From NCBI GenBank assembly GCA_036228805.1, contig JAZANC010000005.1, positions 1 to 26,415 on the forward strand: a stretch of 26,415 bases of DNA. The letters run 5' to 3'. Below the pieces are notes generated by a model. That model worked only from the letters and a program-made list of their open reading frames with translations, did not search any database and was not told where the DNA came from. The position numbers were made by a program, and so were the translations under genes. This document shows, in pieces, positions 7,916 through 16,938 of this stretch; position 1 is the stretch's first letter, and each line of letters opens with the position of its first letter. This DNA comes from Thermoplasmatota archaeon (GTDB lineage Archaea > Thermoplasmatota > Poseidoniia > Poseidoniales > Thalassarchaeaceae).

Positions 7916-9583
7916 CTAGAATGATGCTATCGCTGTTTCAATTAAGGCAAGTAGCCACTGGCTGGCGGGGCCGATTCCGAAGAGGGCTGTGAAGATCATG
8001 GATACGAATACGAGAGCCCTGAGGCCAAGTGCCGGCGGAAGAGGCGATTCGCTCTCCGGTTTCTCGAAGAACATCACTAAGCCAATCCTCAGATAGTAGA
8101 ATAGCGAGAGTGCGCTATTCAGAACGATTGCGATAGCAAGTAGGAAGAACGGATCAACTGACTGCAGCCACGGGATGACCCCATCTGCATCCAGGGCACC
8201 TGTTCCGCTGGTTGTGGTGACGAGGCCGTTGATCATAAGGAACTTCGATAGGAAGCCGGAAAGAGGGGGTATTCCCGCTAAAGAGAGCATGAAAACGAAC
8301 ATAGAAGTTGCAATAATGGGATCTCTTCGAGCAAGTCCATGCAGGTCAGATATCTTATTTCCGCCGCCATCCATCTCAATCAAGGTAAGAACAAGGAAGG
8401 CTCCGAGTTTGAAAAGGACCAGAACAGCGAGATGGAACACGATTGCCATCTGAAGCATGTCCTGAGTGTTCGAATCGGCCAATCCTGACCCCAATGCCGC
8501 AAGTGCTGCTAGCATATAGCCAGCATGAGCGACGCTGGAATATGCGAGCATTCTCTTTGGGTTCTCTGAGGAGAGTGCTGCTAGATTGCCCCATGTCATC
8601 GTAATTACTGCGAGTATGGCAAGTGCGAAACCCCATGCGATGACGCCGTCGTTCGGGCCTGCGAAACCGATCAGAACTCGCATCATCGCCACGAATCCCA
8701 TGGCCTTGGATGCGGTTGCGAGCATTCCTGCGATAGGGGCATTTGTGCCTGAATAGGCATCTGGAGCTGCCAGGTGGAATGGGGCTGCGCTAACCTTGAA
8801 CCCGAATGCGACGAGCATGAGTCCGACGCCTATTCCGGCCAGCGGCTCGAGCTCTCCCATGGAGGACCAGCTTTCTGCTAAGGTATCGAAGTCCAGGCTA
8901 CCTGACCAGATGTAAAGCAGAGACATGCCATATATTCCAGTGGCAGAGGCGATGGATCCGACGATGAAATACTTGGCACCGGCTTCTCCGCCTACTTCTG
9001 TCTCCTTGTGGAAACCGACTAATACGTACGAAGCCATGGATGCTAGTTCCAAGCATACGATGAGGAAGAATAGATCGCTAGAAAGGGCCATCAGGCTCAT
9101 TCCAAGAGCGACCATTAGGAGGAGTATGTGGAGGTCGACCTGCCTCCTATTATCCATCAAACTGCTCTCGGTGGAATCATCAGGATCGATGAGATCTTCG
9201 GGGAGCAGTCGTGTGGAAGGTATCCTGTAGATCGATGCGATTGCTGTTATGGCCAATGCAGCGGTGAATACCATCGTCATAAAACGACTGAATCCGGTAA
9301 CCTGGATTACTCCGGAGATGCTCATTCCATCAGCAGACTCGATGGCTAAACCTGAGAGCAGGCATGCAATTGCAAGAGCGATTGCTGACAATACACCTGG
9401 TGCTCGCGGGTCGGAGGTCAATTCGAATCTTCTGCCCCCCCACAGGATGGGGACGCGCACGGATGTCAAGGGAAGCCTTACTCTGGCATCTCCTAGATTT
9501 GGGACAATAATCGCTAGGATAATTCCAGCGACCATAACGAGTTCCGGGGCGAGAGCTTGAGATTCGTCCACAGAGAGGATCAT
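7916..9583 (-). CDS. nuoN: Complex I-like oxidoreductase subunit N (antiporter-like)
   Basis: CLELASMASYVLVG, EAGAKYFIVG, GFKVSAAPFH, NPKRMLAYSSVAHAGY and LSLAGIPPLSGFLSKF. ATGA overlap with the nuoM stop. Confidence 0.95.
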   Translation of the reverse strand: MILSVDESQALAPELVMVAGIILAIIVPNLGDARVRLPLTSVRVPILWGGRRFELTSDPRAPGVLSAIALAIACLLSGLAIESADGMSISGVIQVTGFSRFMTMVFTAALAITAIASIYRIPSTRLLPEDLIDPDDSTESSLMDNRRQVDLHILLLMVALGMSLMALSSDLFFLIVCLELASMASYVLVGFHKETEVGGEAGAKYFIVGSIASATGIYGMSLLYIWSGSLDFDTLAESWSSMGELEPLAGIGVGLMLVAFGFKVSAAPFHLAAPDAYSGTNAPIAGMLATASKAMGFVAMMRVLIGFAGPNDGVIAWGFALAILAVITMTWGNLAALSSENPKRMLAYSSVAHAGYMLAALAALGSGLADSNTQDMLQMAIVFHLAVLVLFKLGAFLVLTLIEMDGGGNKISDLHGLARRDPIIATSMFVFMLSLAGIPPLSGFLSKFLMINGLVTTTSGTGALDADGVIPWLQSVDPFFLLAIAIVLNSALSLFYYLRIGLVMFFEKPESESPLPPALGLRALVFVSMIFTALFGIGPASQWLLALIETAIASF

Positions 9584-11196
9584 GGCATCGCCTCCAAAGC
9601 ATTCATTGCATGTATGAGATATGTCTCAATGAATTCAGTACTCCAAACTGACATCATGTCCCAGAAGATAAAGGGCATGATTCCGAATAGGATTGTCAGT
9701 GCACCGAGGATGAACATTCCAACGTTCTCATGCCACGTTACATCCCTTGGGTCCTCGCCATGCAGCGTATCGGGAAGGATGGCTTGGTGGGGATCATCGG
9801 ATTCGAAAATCATCTTTTGCATAGAGGTCAGATAATACAAGGCGGTGAATATCAGGGTGATGGCAGGAAGCAGAACCCACCACCCGAAGGTCATCCAGAA
9901 TGCTATCATGATGGCTACTTCGGCGACAAAGCCGGCGAGAAGTGGTAAACCGAGGCTTCCCATCCAGCCAAGCATCATGTGACCTGCAAGGAAAGGCGAG
10001 TGATGTGCAATGCCCCTCATTGAGCCAATTTCTAGAGTATGATAATGGTGTTTGAAAGAGCCTGCCACAGCGAACAAGAGTGGGCTGATTATACCATGAG
10101 CGAACATCATGAATAGCGCTCCTGCGAAACCTATGGGTTGCATCGTGGCTATTCCTAGGAAAATGAGTCCCATGTGTGAGACGGATGAGTAAGCGACCAT
10201 TCTCTTGAGATTTGTCTGACCGAGACAGACGACGGCCCCGTAGACGAGGCTGGCCATTCCAAGGAAGACAAGAAGAGGGACGAATGTTAACGTGGATTCG
10301 GGGAATATCGCGACTGCGACTCTCAGGAATCCATAGGCGCCCATCTTGAGCATCACTCCGGCCAGGAGCATCGAACCTGCAGTTGGGGCTTGTACGTGCG
10401 CATCTGGAAGCCAAGTGTGTACTGGGACGCTCGGCATCTTGGTGGCAAAACCGATCAGGAGTAGCAGCCAAACTAGGTGCCTAAGTCCCTCACTCGCAAT
10501 CAAACCGCTTACTCTAGCCTGCTCAGTCATCTCAACCAGATTGAAGTGGTGGCCTGTTAGGCTCCCGGAGAATATGGAATCGGCTGTGTTGAAATACATC
10601 ACGAGAATGCCAACAAGCATCAGAACGCTTGCCGTAAAAGTGTAGATGAAGAACTTCATCGAAGCGTACTTCCTGTCCTCTCCGCCCCAAATCATGATCA
10701 GGAAGAACATGGGTACTAGGGTTAATTCCCAGAAGACGTAGAATACGAATAAGTCCAAGGAGACGAAGACGCCGACAAGTGCACCTTCCATGATGAGCAG
10801 GAGTGCGTGGAATCGATGGCCTCGTTCTACATCCCACTGAACAAGCATCGAGATCGGGATCAGCAGTGTAGTCAGCCAGATCATGGGGAATGACAGAGCA
10901 TCGGCTCCTAGGTGCCACGTCACTCCGATTGATTCGATGAGCCAAACTGGGTCTTCTGTTTCGAGCACGAAGGAACCCATGCCAATCGATAGCCAATCAA
11001 TCTGGCCGATTGAACCGAGGAATATCAAGGTCGTTAGTGCGAATACCGCTGTGGAGAGGCCGATTGCAACGTTCCTAACCGAGCTCTGCATACGTTGGGA
11101 TATGTGCTGAGGCAGAATATTCGGAAGAACGAGGAGGAGGAGCCCGGAGAGAAGCGGTACGAGCGTAATGATGCTGAGTGGGTCTGTGAAAGTCAC
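9580..11196 (-). CDS. nuoM: Complex I-like oxidoreductase subunit M
   Basis: FYVFWELTLVPMFFLI, KMPSVPVHTWLPDAHVQAP, LKMGAYG, LKRMVAYSSVSHMG and GFVAE. GTG start overlaps the nuoL stop, with GGGGTGA upstream. Confidence 0.95.
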   Translation of the reverse strand: MTFTDPLSIITLVPLLSGLLLLVLPNILPQHISQRMQSSVRNVAIGLSTAVFALTTLIFLGSIGQIDWLSIGMGSFVLETEDPVWLIESIGVTWHLGADALSFPMIWLTTLLIPISMLVQWDVERGHRFHALLLIMEGALVGVFVSLDLFVFYVFWELTLVPMFFLIMIWGGEDRKYASMKFFIYTFTASVLMLVGILVMYFNTADSIFSGSLTGHHFNLVEMTEQARVSGLIASEGLRHLVWLLLLIGFATKMPSVPVHTWLPDAHVQAPTAGSMLLAGVMLKMGAYGFLRVAVAIFPESTLTFVPLLVFLGMASLVYGAVVCLGQTNLKRMVAYSSVSHMGLIFLGIATMQPIGFAGALFMMFAHGIISPLLFAVAGSFKHHYHTLEIGSMRGIAHHSPFLAGHMMLGWMGSLGLPLLAGFVAEVAIMIAFWMTFGWWVLLPAITLIFTALYYLTSMQKMIFESDDPHQAILPDTLHGEDPRDVTWHENVGMFILGALTILFGIMPFIFWDMMSVWSTEFIETYLIHAMNALEAMP

Positions 11197-13478
11197 TGGC
11201 TCACCCCCACAACAAGTACGAATATGGATAGTGCGCCGACTGCGGCCATGAGGATGTAATCACGTGTATTCCCTGTGGTATACGTTCGAATCCACACAGA
11301 ACCGCTAACGCTCGTTCTCTCCACAAGCTTCACGATACCGTCGATGACATTCGCATCGAACCATGCAGAGAAAGCGGACATGGGAGTGATCGTCTTGGAG
11401 ATGGTCCACTGGTAGATGTCATCAAAATGAAGGCGATTTTGCAGCGAGTCTGCGAGCTTGCTGTTGGCCATGCCTGACACGTCCATGGGCTTGAACGCTG
11501 CAGAAAGACCGACTAGCCATGCGACCATTCCATTGGCCGACTCGCCGTCGGAGAGTTTGCCACCATGGACCTTCATGGCGATGATTGGTCCGACTAATGA
11601 AGACAATGCAATGGTGATGTACCCTACCACCATGAGTGCCTGTTTTTCAGGAAAGAAGGTATGCTTCAGTGCATCGACTACGCCAAGATGGAATCCGGCT
11701 TCCTCGCCACTGAGGAACTCGCCTACATGCATGGACGCCAGAAGCGCACCGGTTGTTGCAGTCACGATTGAGAGAGTGACCAAGGGCGTCTTGATCCATG
11801 GAGTTGACTCGTGGACGTGCGCAGATGCTTCGTGTTTGGGCTGGCCGGCGAAGGTCATCATCCACATCCTGGTCATGTAGAAACCTGTCATACCGGCGGT
11901 CATCACCGCAAGGATCGCAGGGCCAAGCAACAATGGCTCGTATTCGAGTGCTCCGAGCCAAGTTTCGGCGATTATCGCCTCCTTTGACCAGAATCCCCCG
12001 ATGAGAGGTATTCCGATGATGGACATGCTTCCAAGCATCATTGCAATCGAAGTAACGGGCATCTTTGAGGCAAGGCCACCCATGTTGCGCATGTCCTGCG
12101 GATCGAACTCCTCGTGGTGATCGTCATTGTGCCCATGATGGTGTAGGTCGTGATGAGCATGGTGTACTTCGTGTATCACAGAACCGCTAGCCATGAAGAG
12201 CATGCCTTTCGCCATTGCGTGATTGAAGAGGTGGAACAAAGCGCCTCCTAAAACGAAGTATCCCGCGTGATGATGATCAGCGGCAAGCAGGTATAGGGCG
12301 GATCCCAAGCCAAGGAATATGTAGGCTAGTTGACTCATAGTTGAGTAGGCAAGTACCTTCTTGATGTCATTCTGGACGAATGCTATGGAAGCGGCCATGA
12401 ATGCGGTTATACCACCAATCCATGCGACGATTAGCCCGAGTTCTTCCATACCAGGAACGCCATGGTGGTATACGTCGACAAATGGGACCATGCGGGCCAC
12501 CAGATAGAGACCTGCATTTACCATCGTAGCCGCGTGGATAAGTGCTGATACAGGGGTTGGTCCCTCCATTGCATCGGGCAACCAGACATGTAGAGGGAAC
12601 TGAGCAGACTTCCCAACGCAACCGATGAACAGCATTAGCAAGGCAGGCTGTAGTTTCGACGCCTCGACTATCGTCCCACCAACACCAGTGGATGGATCGT
12701 CGAAAACAACTGCGAAGTCAAGTGATCCATAAATGTCGTAAAGCATGAGTAAGCCAACCATGAGGAATACGTCTCCGACTCTTGTTGTCATGAATGCCTT
12801 CTTTGCAGCGGCAGCCGCACTCTCTTTCCAATAGTAGAATCCAATGAGAAGGTACGAGCATAGACCCATAATCTCCCAGAATATGAACAGCCATAGGAAG
12901 CTATCAGCGAGAACCATGCCGAACATGCCCATGCTGAACAAGATGAACTCGGCGAAAAACCGATGATTTCGGTTGGAGTTGATTTCATCTGTTGTCATAT
13001 ATCCTATTGCGAACCAGCAAATTAGGAAACAGAGGAATGTTGCTACGAATAGTAACATGATGCTTACCGAATCAAGCCATATCCCAAATGATATGTTGGT
13101 GAATCCGGCGTCTACGCTCCATTGTGTTCCGTCGTGACTCAGAACGTCGAAATTCAGCCAGGTTATTGAGTCGCCGTGAACTTTCTTTTCATGGAGGCTC
13201 AGGAAATGGACGATCATCCAGAAAGCTGCTATGAGCGATACCGCTAACGATGCAAGTGCGAGTATTCCGCCCTCCTTGAGTTTCCCCACCCATATGTCGT
13301 TTCCATTCCAAATCTGCCCCACTAGCAGAACAATCGGGAACATGAGGAAGGGGGCAAGGATTGCAGCGAAACCGAGATCTAGCGGTTCTACCCCCAGTAC
13401 CGACAGAATTGGGACAATGAGCAATGCTGGCAATAACGGGAGTAGAAGATTCCACTCCTGTTGATGATTATCGCCCAT
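11193..13478 (-). CDS. nuoL: Complex I-like oxidoreductase subunit L
   Basis: FWEIMGLCSYLLIGF, AFMTTRVGD, GKSAQFPLHVWLPDAMEGPTPVSALIHAATMV, DIKKVLAYSTMSQL and GGFWSKEAI. Confidence 0.96.
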   Translation of the reverse strand: MGDNHQQEWNLLLPLLPALLIVPILSVLGVEPLDLGFAAILAPFLMFPIVLLVGQIWNGNDIWVGKLKEGGILALASLAVSLIAAFWMIVHFLSLHEKKVHGDSITWLNFDVLSHDGTQWSVDAGFTNISFGIWLDSVSIMLLFVATFLCFLICWFAIGYMTTDEINSNRNHRFFAEFILFSMGMFGMVLADSFLWLFIFWEIMGLCSYLLIGFYYWKESAAAAAKKAFMTTRVGDVFLMVGLLMLYDIYGSLDFAVVFDDPSTGVGGTIVEASKLQPALLMLFIGCVGKSAQFPLHVWLPDAMEGPTPVSALIHAATMVNAGLYLVARMVPFVDVYHHGVPGMEELGLIVAWIGGITAFMAASIAFVQNDIKKVLAYSTMSQLAYIFLGLGSALYLLAADHHHAGYFVLGGALFHLFNHAMAKGMLFMASGSVIHEVHHAHHDLHHHGHNDDHHEEFDPQDMRNMGGLASKMPVTSIAMMLGSMSIIGIPLIGGFWSKEAIIAETWLGALEYEPLLLGPAILAVMTAGMTGFYMTRMWMMTFAGQPKHEASAHVHESTPWIKTPLVTLSIVTATTGALLASMHVGEFLSGEEAGFHLGVVDALKHTFFPEKQALMVVGYITIALSSLVGPIIAMKVHGGKLSDGESANGMVAWLVGLSAAFKPMDVSGMANSKLADSLQNRLHFDDIYQWTISKTITPMSAFSAWFDANVIDGIVKLVERTSVSGSVWIRTYTTGNTRDYILMAAVGALSIFVLVVGVSQ

Positions 13479-13484
13479 ATTTTC

Positions 13485-13491
13485 TCACCTC
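13485..13491 (-). promoter_or_regulatory. Shine-Dalgarno site of nuoL (GAGGTGA)
   Basis: GAGGTGA ends 6 nt before ATG 13478 and overlaps the nuoK stop; matches the archaeal anti-SD. Confidence 0.75.
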
Positions 13492-13792
13492 AATTCCTCA
13501 GCAAAGTAGCCTCATCAAGAGATATTGTCTCTTGTGTGCTGTAAAGCGAGAGAAGAATTGCGAGGCCGATGGCAACTTCAGCGGCAGCGATGGCGATGGC
13601 CACGGCAGTGTAGACCCATCCCTCCACACCACCCGTATTTAGGGCGCCGGCGACGAAGTTGAGATTCGCAGCATTGAGCATAAGTTCGATACACATCAAA
13701 ACTACAATGCCATTCTTCCTGGAGAATGTTCCAATCAATCCTATGCCAAATAGAATGGCTGCAAGTCCAGCGATCCATGATGGATCAATCAT
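13490..13792 (-). CDS. nuoK: Complex I-like oxidoreductase subunit K
   Basis: 100 aa with three hydrophobic helices; LMCIELMLNAANL and AAAEVAIGLAI carry both conserved Glu residues. Confidence 0.96.
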   Translation of the reverse strand: MIDPSWIAGLAAILFGIGLIGTFSRKNGIVVLMCIELMLNAANLNFVAGALNTGGVEGWVYTAVAIAIAAAEVAIGLAILLSLYSTQETISLDEATLLRN

Positions 13793-14139
13793 TCCTCTTC
13801 ACCTCCATTGGCTTCGGACAGTACCGTAGATGATGTTGGCCTTACAGCAGCGGGAGGGAGTCCGATCTGAGGGGTTTCAACTTCTTGACCGAGATCCCAA
13901 GTCAGGTTAGCCAATCTCTCGTCCCTGACAAGATATGAGGCTCCGATCATTGCCATGCTAAGAAGCAGACCCAAGACCACAGTCATCATGTTCCAGTCAT
14001 CCAACATGGCGAAAGCGAAGGACGAGGTTGTTGGGGGTTGTGAGGACTCTGACCATCCATCATATGCCATAGTTTCACTCAGCAGCACGAGTACGAGTAC
14101 CGTTACTCCGACCCTTGCTAGGAGTCCCAGCGCCCTCAT
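13789..14139 (-). CDS. nuoJ: Complex I-like subunit J, C-terminal half (NuoJ2/FpoJ2-like)
   Basis: Lies between nuoJ1 and nuoK with ATGA overlaps at both ends. 'MLDDWNMMTVVLGLLLSMAMIGASYL' matches the last NuoJ helix (consensus LLLVAMIGAIVL). Confidence 0.8.
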   Translation of the reverse strand: MRALGLLARVGVTVLVLVLLSETMAYDGWSESSQPPTTSSFAFAMLDDWNMMTVVLGLLLSMAMIGASYLVRDERLANLTWDLGQEVETPQIGLPPAAVRPTSSTVLSEANGGEEE

Positions 14140-14402
14140 TCGATGTCGCCCTCCTGTATCTGACGTCGGGTGAGCATCACTCCGAATTGAACAACGAGCA
14201 TGACCGATCCAAGATACACCAGTATCTGCACGGCTGCAAGCATCTCAGCCTCGGCGAGTATGAAAACGCCAGCGACGGCTAGGAAGGTCATCATCAAGGA
14301 GAGCAGGGAATGGGCTACCCGTCGAGCATAGACGCAACCTATGGCACCTGCAATAGCTATCGCGGCGAATAGGAGGAAGACTACTTCTTCGGGGGTGAAC
14401 AT
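14136..14402 (-). CDS. nuoJ: Complex I-like subunit J, N-terminal half (NuoJ1/FpoJ1-like)
   Basis: MFTPEEVVFLLFAAIAIAGA...AEAEMLAAVQILVYLGSVMLVVQFGVMLT. Start moved from 14591 (inside nuoI) to the ATG at 14402, giving 88 aa. Confidence 0.9.
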   Translation of the reverse strand: MFTPEEVVFLLFAAIAIAGAIGCVYARRVAHSLLSLMMTFLAVAGVFILAEAEMLAAVQILVYLGSVMLVVQFGVMLTRRQIQEGDIE

Positions 14403-14406
14403 TTGA

Positions 14407-15402
14407 TCATGCCCCTGAAGACGCCTGAGCTGCCTTCGCTGCCTTCTTCTCTCGCTTGGTCTTCTCTTTCTTGGCCCTCTTCTCGAGTTCCATATCCACC
14501 CTCTCTTTGTGAACAGACGGAAGGACTCGGGTCCTATCTGCATCGAACCAAAGATCTTGTCGAGAGTATCCTGACATCCCATCATACTCATTCGTCATGA
14601 AGAATGACTCGAAGGGGCATGCCTCTGCACAAAGTCCGCAGAACATGCATCTTCCAATGTCGATCCGGCCTGACACTATGTCCTGCTCAGCTGGCTTCAG
14701 ATCTGTGACAGGGATATCCTCGACATCTCCTCCATTGGACCATTTTATGGTAGCAGTGGAGCCCGTGAGATCGATTACCTCTCCAAAATCATACTCCTGG
14801 GGTGCTGCAGTATGATCATTTACGAGATCGAAGTTTTCTGCAGCGCTATTATCGCTTCTTGGGAGAGCGGCATGACCTCCGACCTCGATGTCGCTGCCAT
14901 ATCCGTGCCACTCGTCTCCCTTTTCTGCTGTATCCAGAACATTGACTCTTGTCTCTGTGGTCATGTGTAAGCAATCATTCGGACATGCACGCACACATGC
15001 TTTGCATGCAGTGCATGTTTCCCATATGATGCCAATTCGGCCGTTGTACGCTCCTGGAACGAAAAGCCAAGGCTCTAGATCTTCAAGTCGCTCATACGGG
15101 TACATCACTGTGACCGGCCTCTCTACGAAGGGCATTACATCAGTTGCTTCACGGTCGGCAGCATAGGAGTCAGAATCTGCCCACTTCATCGAAACGTGGT
15201 CCGAACCTACTCTTCTCTCTGTAAATCCGTCCGTCATACTGACTCTCTTGTTGTGGTAATCATTGTGAAGGAATGGCAGGCGTCCAACAAAGGGTATTGT
15301 CCTCAAGGCCGTCTTCAGAGTAATCCACATCGGACGAATTACCAGGTTCCTGAAATTAGGCTGGGCATGTGGATGCCCGCTTCTGAAATCATAATGCTCC
15401 AT
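14407..15402 (-). CDS. nuoI: Complex I-like subunit I (2x[4Fe-4S]), enlarged
   Basis: PVTVMYPYE, CTACKACVRACP (C130-C140) and IDIGRCMFCGLCAEACP (C252-C262); located between nuoH and nuoJ; 331 aa. Confidence 0.93.
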   Translation of the reverse strand: MEHYDFRSGHPHAQPNFRNLVIRPMWITLKTALRTIPFVGRLPFLHNDYHNKRVSMTDGFTERRVGSDHVSMKWADSDSYAADREATDVMPFVERPVTVMYPYERLEDLEPWLFVPGAYNGRIGIIWETCTACKACVRACPNDCLHMTTETRVNVLDTAEKGDEWHGYGSDIEVGGHAALPRSDNSAAENFDLVNDHTAAPQEYDFGEVIDLTGSTATIKWSNGGDVEDIPVTDLKPAEQDIVSGRIDIGRCMFCGLCAEACPFESFFMTNEYDGMSGYSRQDLWFDADRTRVLPSVHKERVDMELEKRAKKEKTKREKKAAKAAQASSGA

Positions 15403-15405
15403 AAC

Positions 15406-16929
15406 TTACTCCCTCCTACCAGGATATGCTTTGTCTAGTGTCTGTGTATGGTATATCCTGTTCGAGTTCTCTAGTGCCTCTTTATCTTCATCAATAGCCA
15501 ATACAACGAATATAGCGAGGCTTCCCAAGGTCATTACTGGAGCGAGCCAAAATGGCCATGCCCCATCCCAGAATGCGACTCTCATAATCATTGCAAGGGC
15601 AAGATTGAGGATTGAAAGTGGCAGAAGGTATCTCCAACCAAACTCCAGTATCTGATCTGTTCTGATTCTGTGGAGAGAGGCGCGTACCCAGACGAAGAGT
15701 GCGAACATCAGATATGCTTTGATGAGTAAAATGGCGATGCCTGGAGTCATTTTCGCAAGGATTGCAAATAGCCCTCCTACGAAAGGAAGTCCGATGAGCG
15801 TGTCTTGGAAGGGGAGTTCCCAACCACCGAGGAAGAAGAGTGCAAAGAGGATGCATGCTGCATAAGCACGCATCATCTCGACTGCAAACATCAGGCCCCA
15901 GCGGATGCCGCCATACTCTGTCCACCACCCCTCGACAAGTTCTGCTTCTGCTTCTGGCATGTCAAACGGTATGCGCTCGACTTCTGCGATCATGGTGACG
16001 ATAAAAAGCACTGCACCGAGGGGCAAAAGAAAGATGTTCCATGTATCTGAAGACTGAATCTGGAAATCGACGATTTCGATGATATTGAATGAGCCGCTCA
16101 AAACAGCAATTCCGAGTACTGTAACGAGTAGAGGGATTTCGTAAGCCGTTAGCTGAGCGGCCGAGCGCATCCCGCCGATGAGCGTGTATTTGTTGTTTGA
16201 TGCCCAACCAGCGAAGAATACGCCCAACGGTGCGACGCCGAATATGGCCATCATAAATACCAATGAAAGTTCTGGGTTTGCCGCCCAGATGTGGGGGCCG
16301 AAAGGAATGAATGCAAAGACCATGACCGTGGTTGAGATGATTATCACTGGTGCGACTTCGAAAACTAAGCGGTCAGCCTTCTCAGGTACAATGTGCGCCT
16401 TTGTATTGAACTTCACGAAATCTGCTACAGCAGCCACAAAGCCTGGAAGTAGGAACCAAATTCCATGATACCCTCGATCTCCGACTCTGGTTACCGACTC
16501 TGTGTGGTGGTCATTTCCAAAATTCTTGTTTAATGCACGATTGACGACGCCTATTGGTGCGCCGAGACCGAATGGAAGTGCATTCCACCATTCTCCAGCA
16601 GTGACGCCGCCTTCGCCAACCCACAGACTTCTTGCACTCATTGTGTTTCCAAATCTATCCATCAATCTCCCGATGAATTTTCTCTCAATATACGGGACTA
16701 TGATTAGTGTAATCATCATGGTAGCGAAGACCACTGTGCACATCACGGATGTGAATATGAAGATATGGAGCCCTGGTTGAATTGAGGAGAATGTCTCCTG
16801 TAGATTGATTGAACCTAGAGGTCCAAGACCGATATCCGAGGAGGGCATAAGATTGTGAGTCTTATCGAGGCTCCATCCAATGATGGAATCCATCCATCCT
16901 CTAATGTTGAGCCAGTCGCTACTTGCCAT
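15406..16929 (-). CDS. nuoH: Complex I-like subunit H, enlarged
   Basis: YIERKFIG, GWASNNKYTLIGGMRSAAQLTAYEIP, AEVERIPFDMPEAEAELVEG and VWVRASLHRIRTDQ; 507 aa. Confidence 0.95.
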   Translation of the reverse strand: MASSDWLNIRGWMDSIIGWSLDKTHNLMPSSDIGLGPLGSINLQETFSSIQPGLHIFIFTSVMCTVVFATMMITLIIVPYIERKFIGRLMDRFGNTMSARSLWVGEGGVTAGEWWNALPFGLGAPIGVVNRALNKNFGNDHHTESVTRVGDRGYHGIWFLLPGFVAAVADFVKFNTKAHIVPEKADRLVFEVAPVIIISTTVMVFAFIPFGPHIWAANPELSLVFMMAIFGVAPLGVFFAGWASNNKYTLIGGMRSAAQLTAYEIPLLVTVLGIAVLSGSFNIIEIVDFQIQSSDTWNIFLLPLGAVLFIVTMIAEVERIPFDMPEAEAELVEGWWTEYGGIRWGLMFAVEMMRAYAACILFALFFLGGWELPFQDTLIGLPFVGGLFAILAKMTPGIAILLIKAYLMFALFVWVRASLHRIRTDQILEFGWRYLLPLSILNLALAMIMRVAFWDGAWPFWLAPVMTLGSLAIFVVLAIDEDKEALENSNRIYHTQTLDKAYPGRRE

Positions 16930-16938
16930 TTCTCTCCC

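Noticed and set aside
9794-10471. 225-aa same-strand alternative-frame ORF inside nuoM
   Set aside because: Arg/Ser-rich composition typical of a shifted frame; no motifs or ribosome-binding site.
13789-14402. Split nuoJ as a frameshift or pseudogene
   Set aside because: Clean ATGA stop/start overlap with an SD-like GGAGG upstream; split J1/J2 is established in archaeal Fpo/Nuo operons.
14403-14591. N-terminal extension of nuoJ1 in the ORF track
   Set aside because: It is an alternative frame of the nuoI 3' end; the ATG at 14402 follows the nuoI stop by 4 nt.
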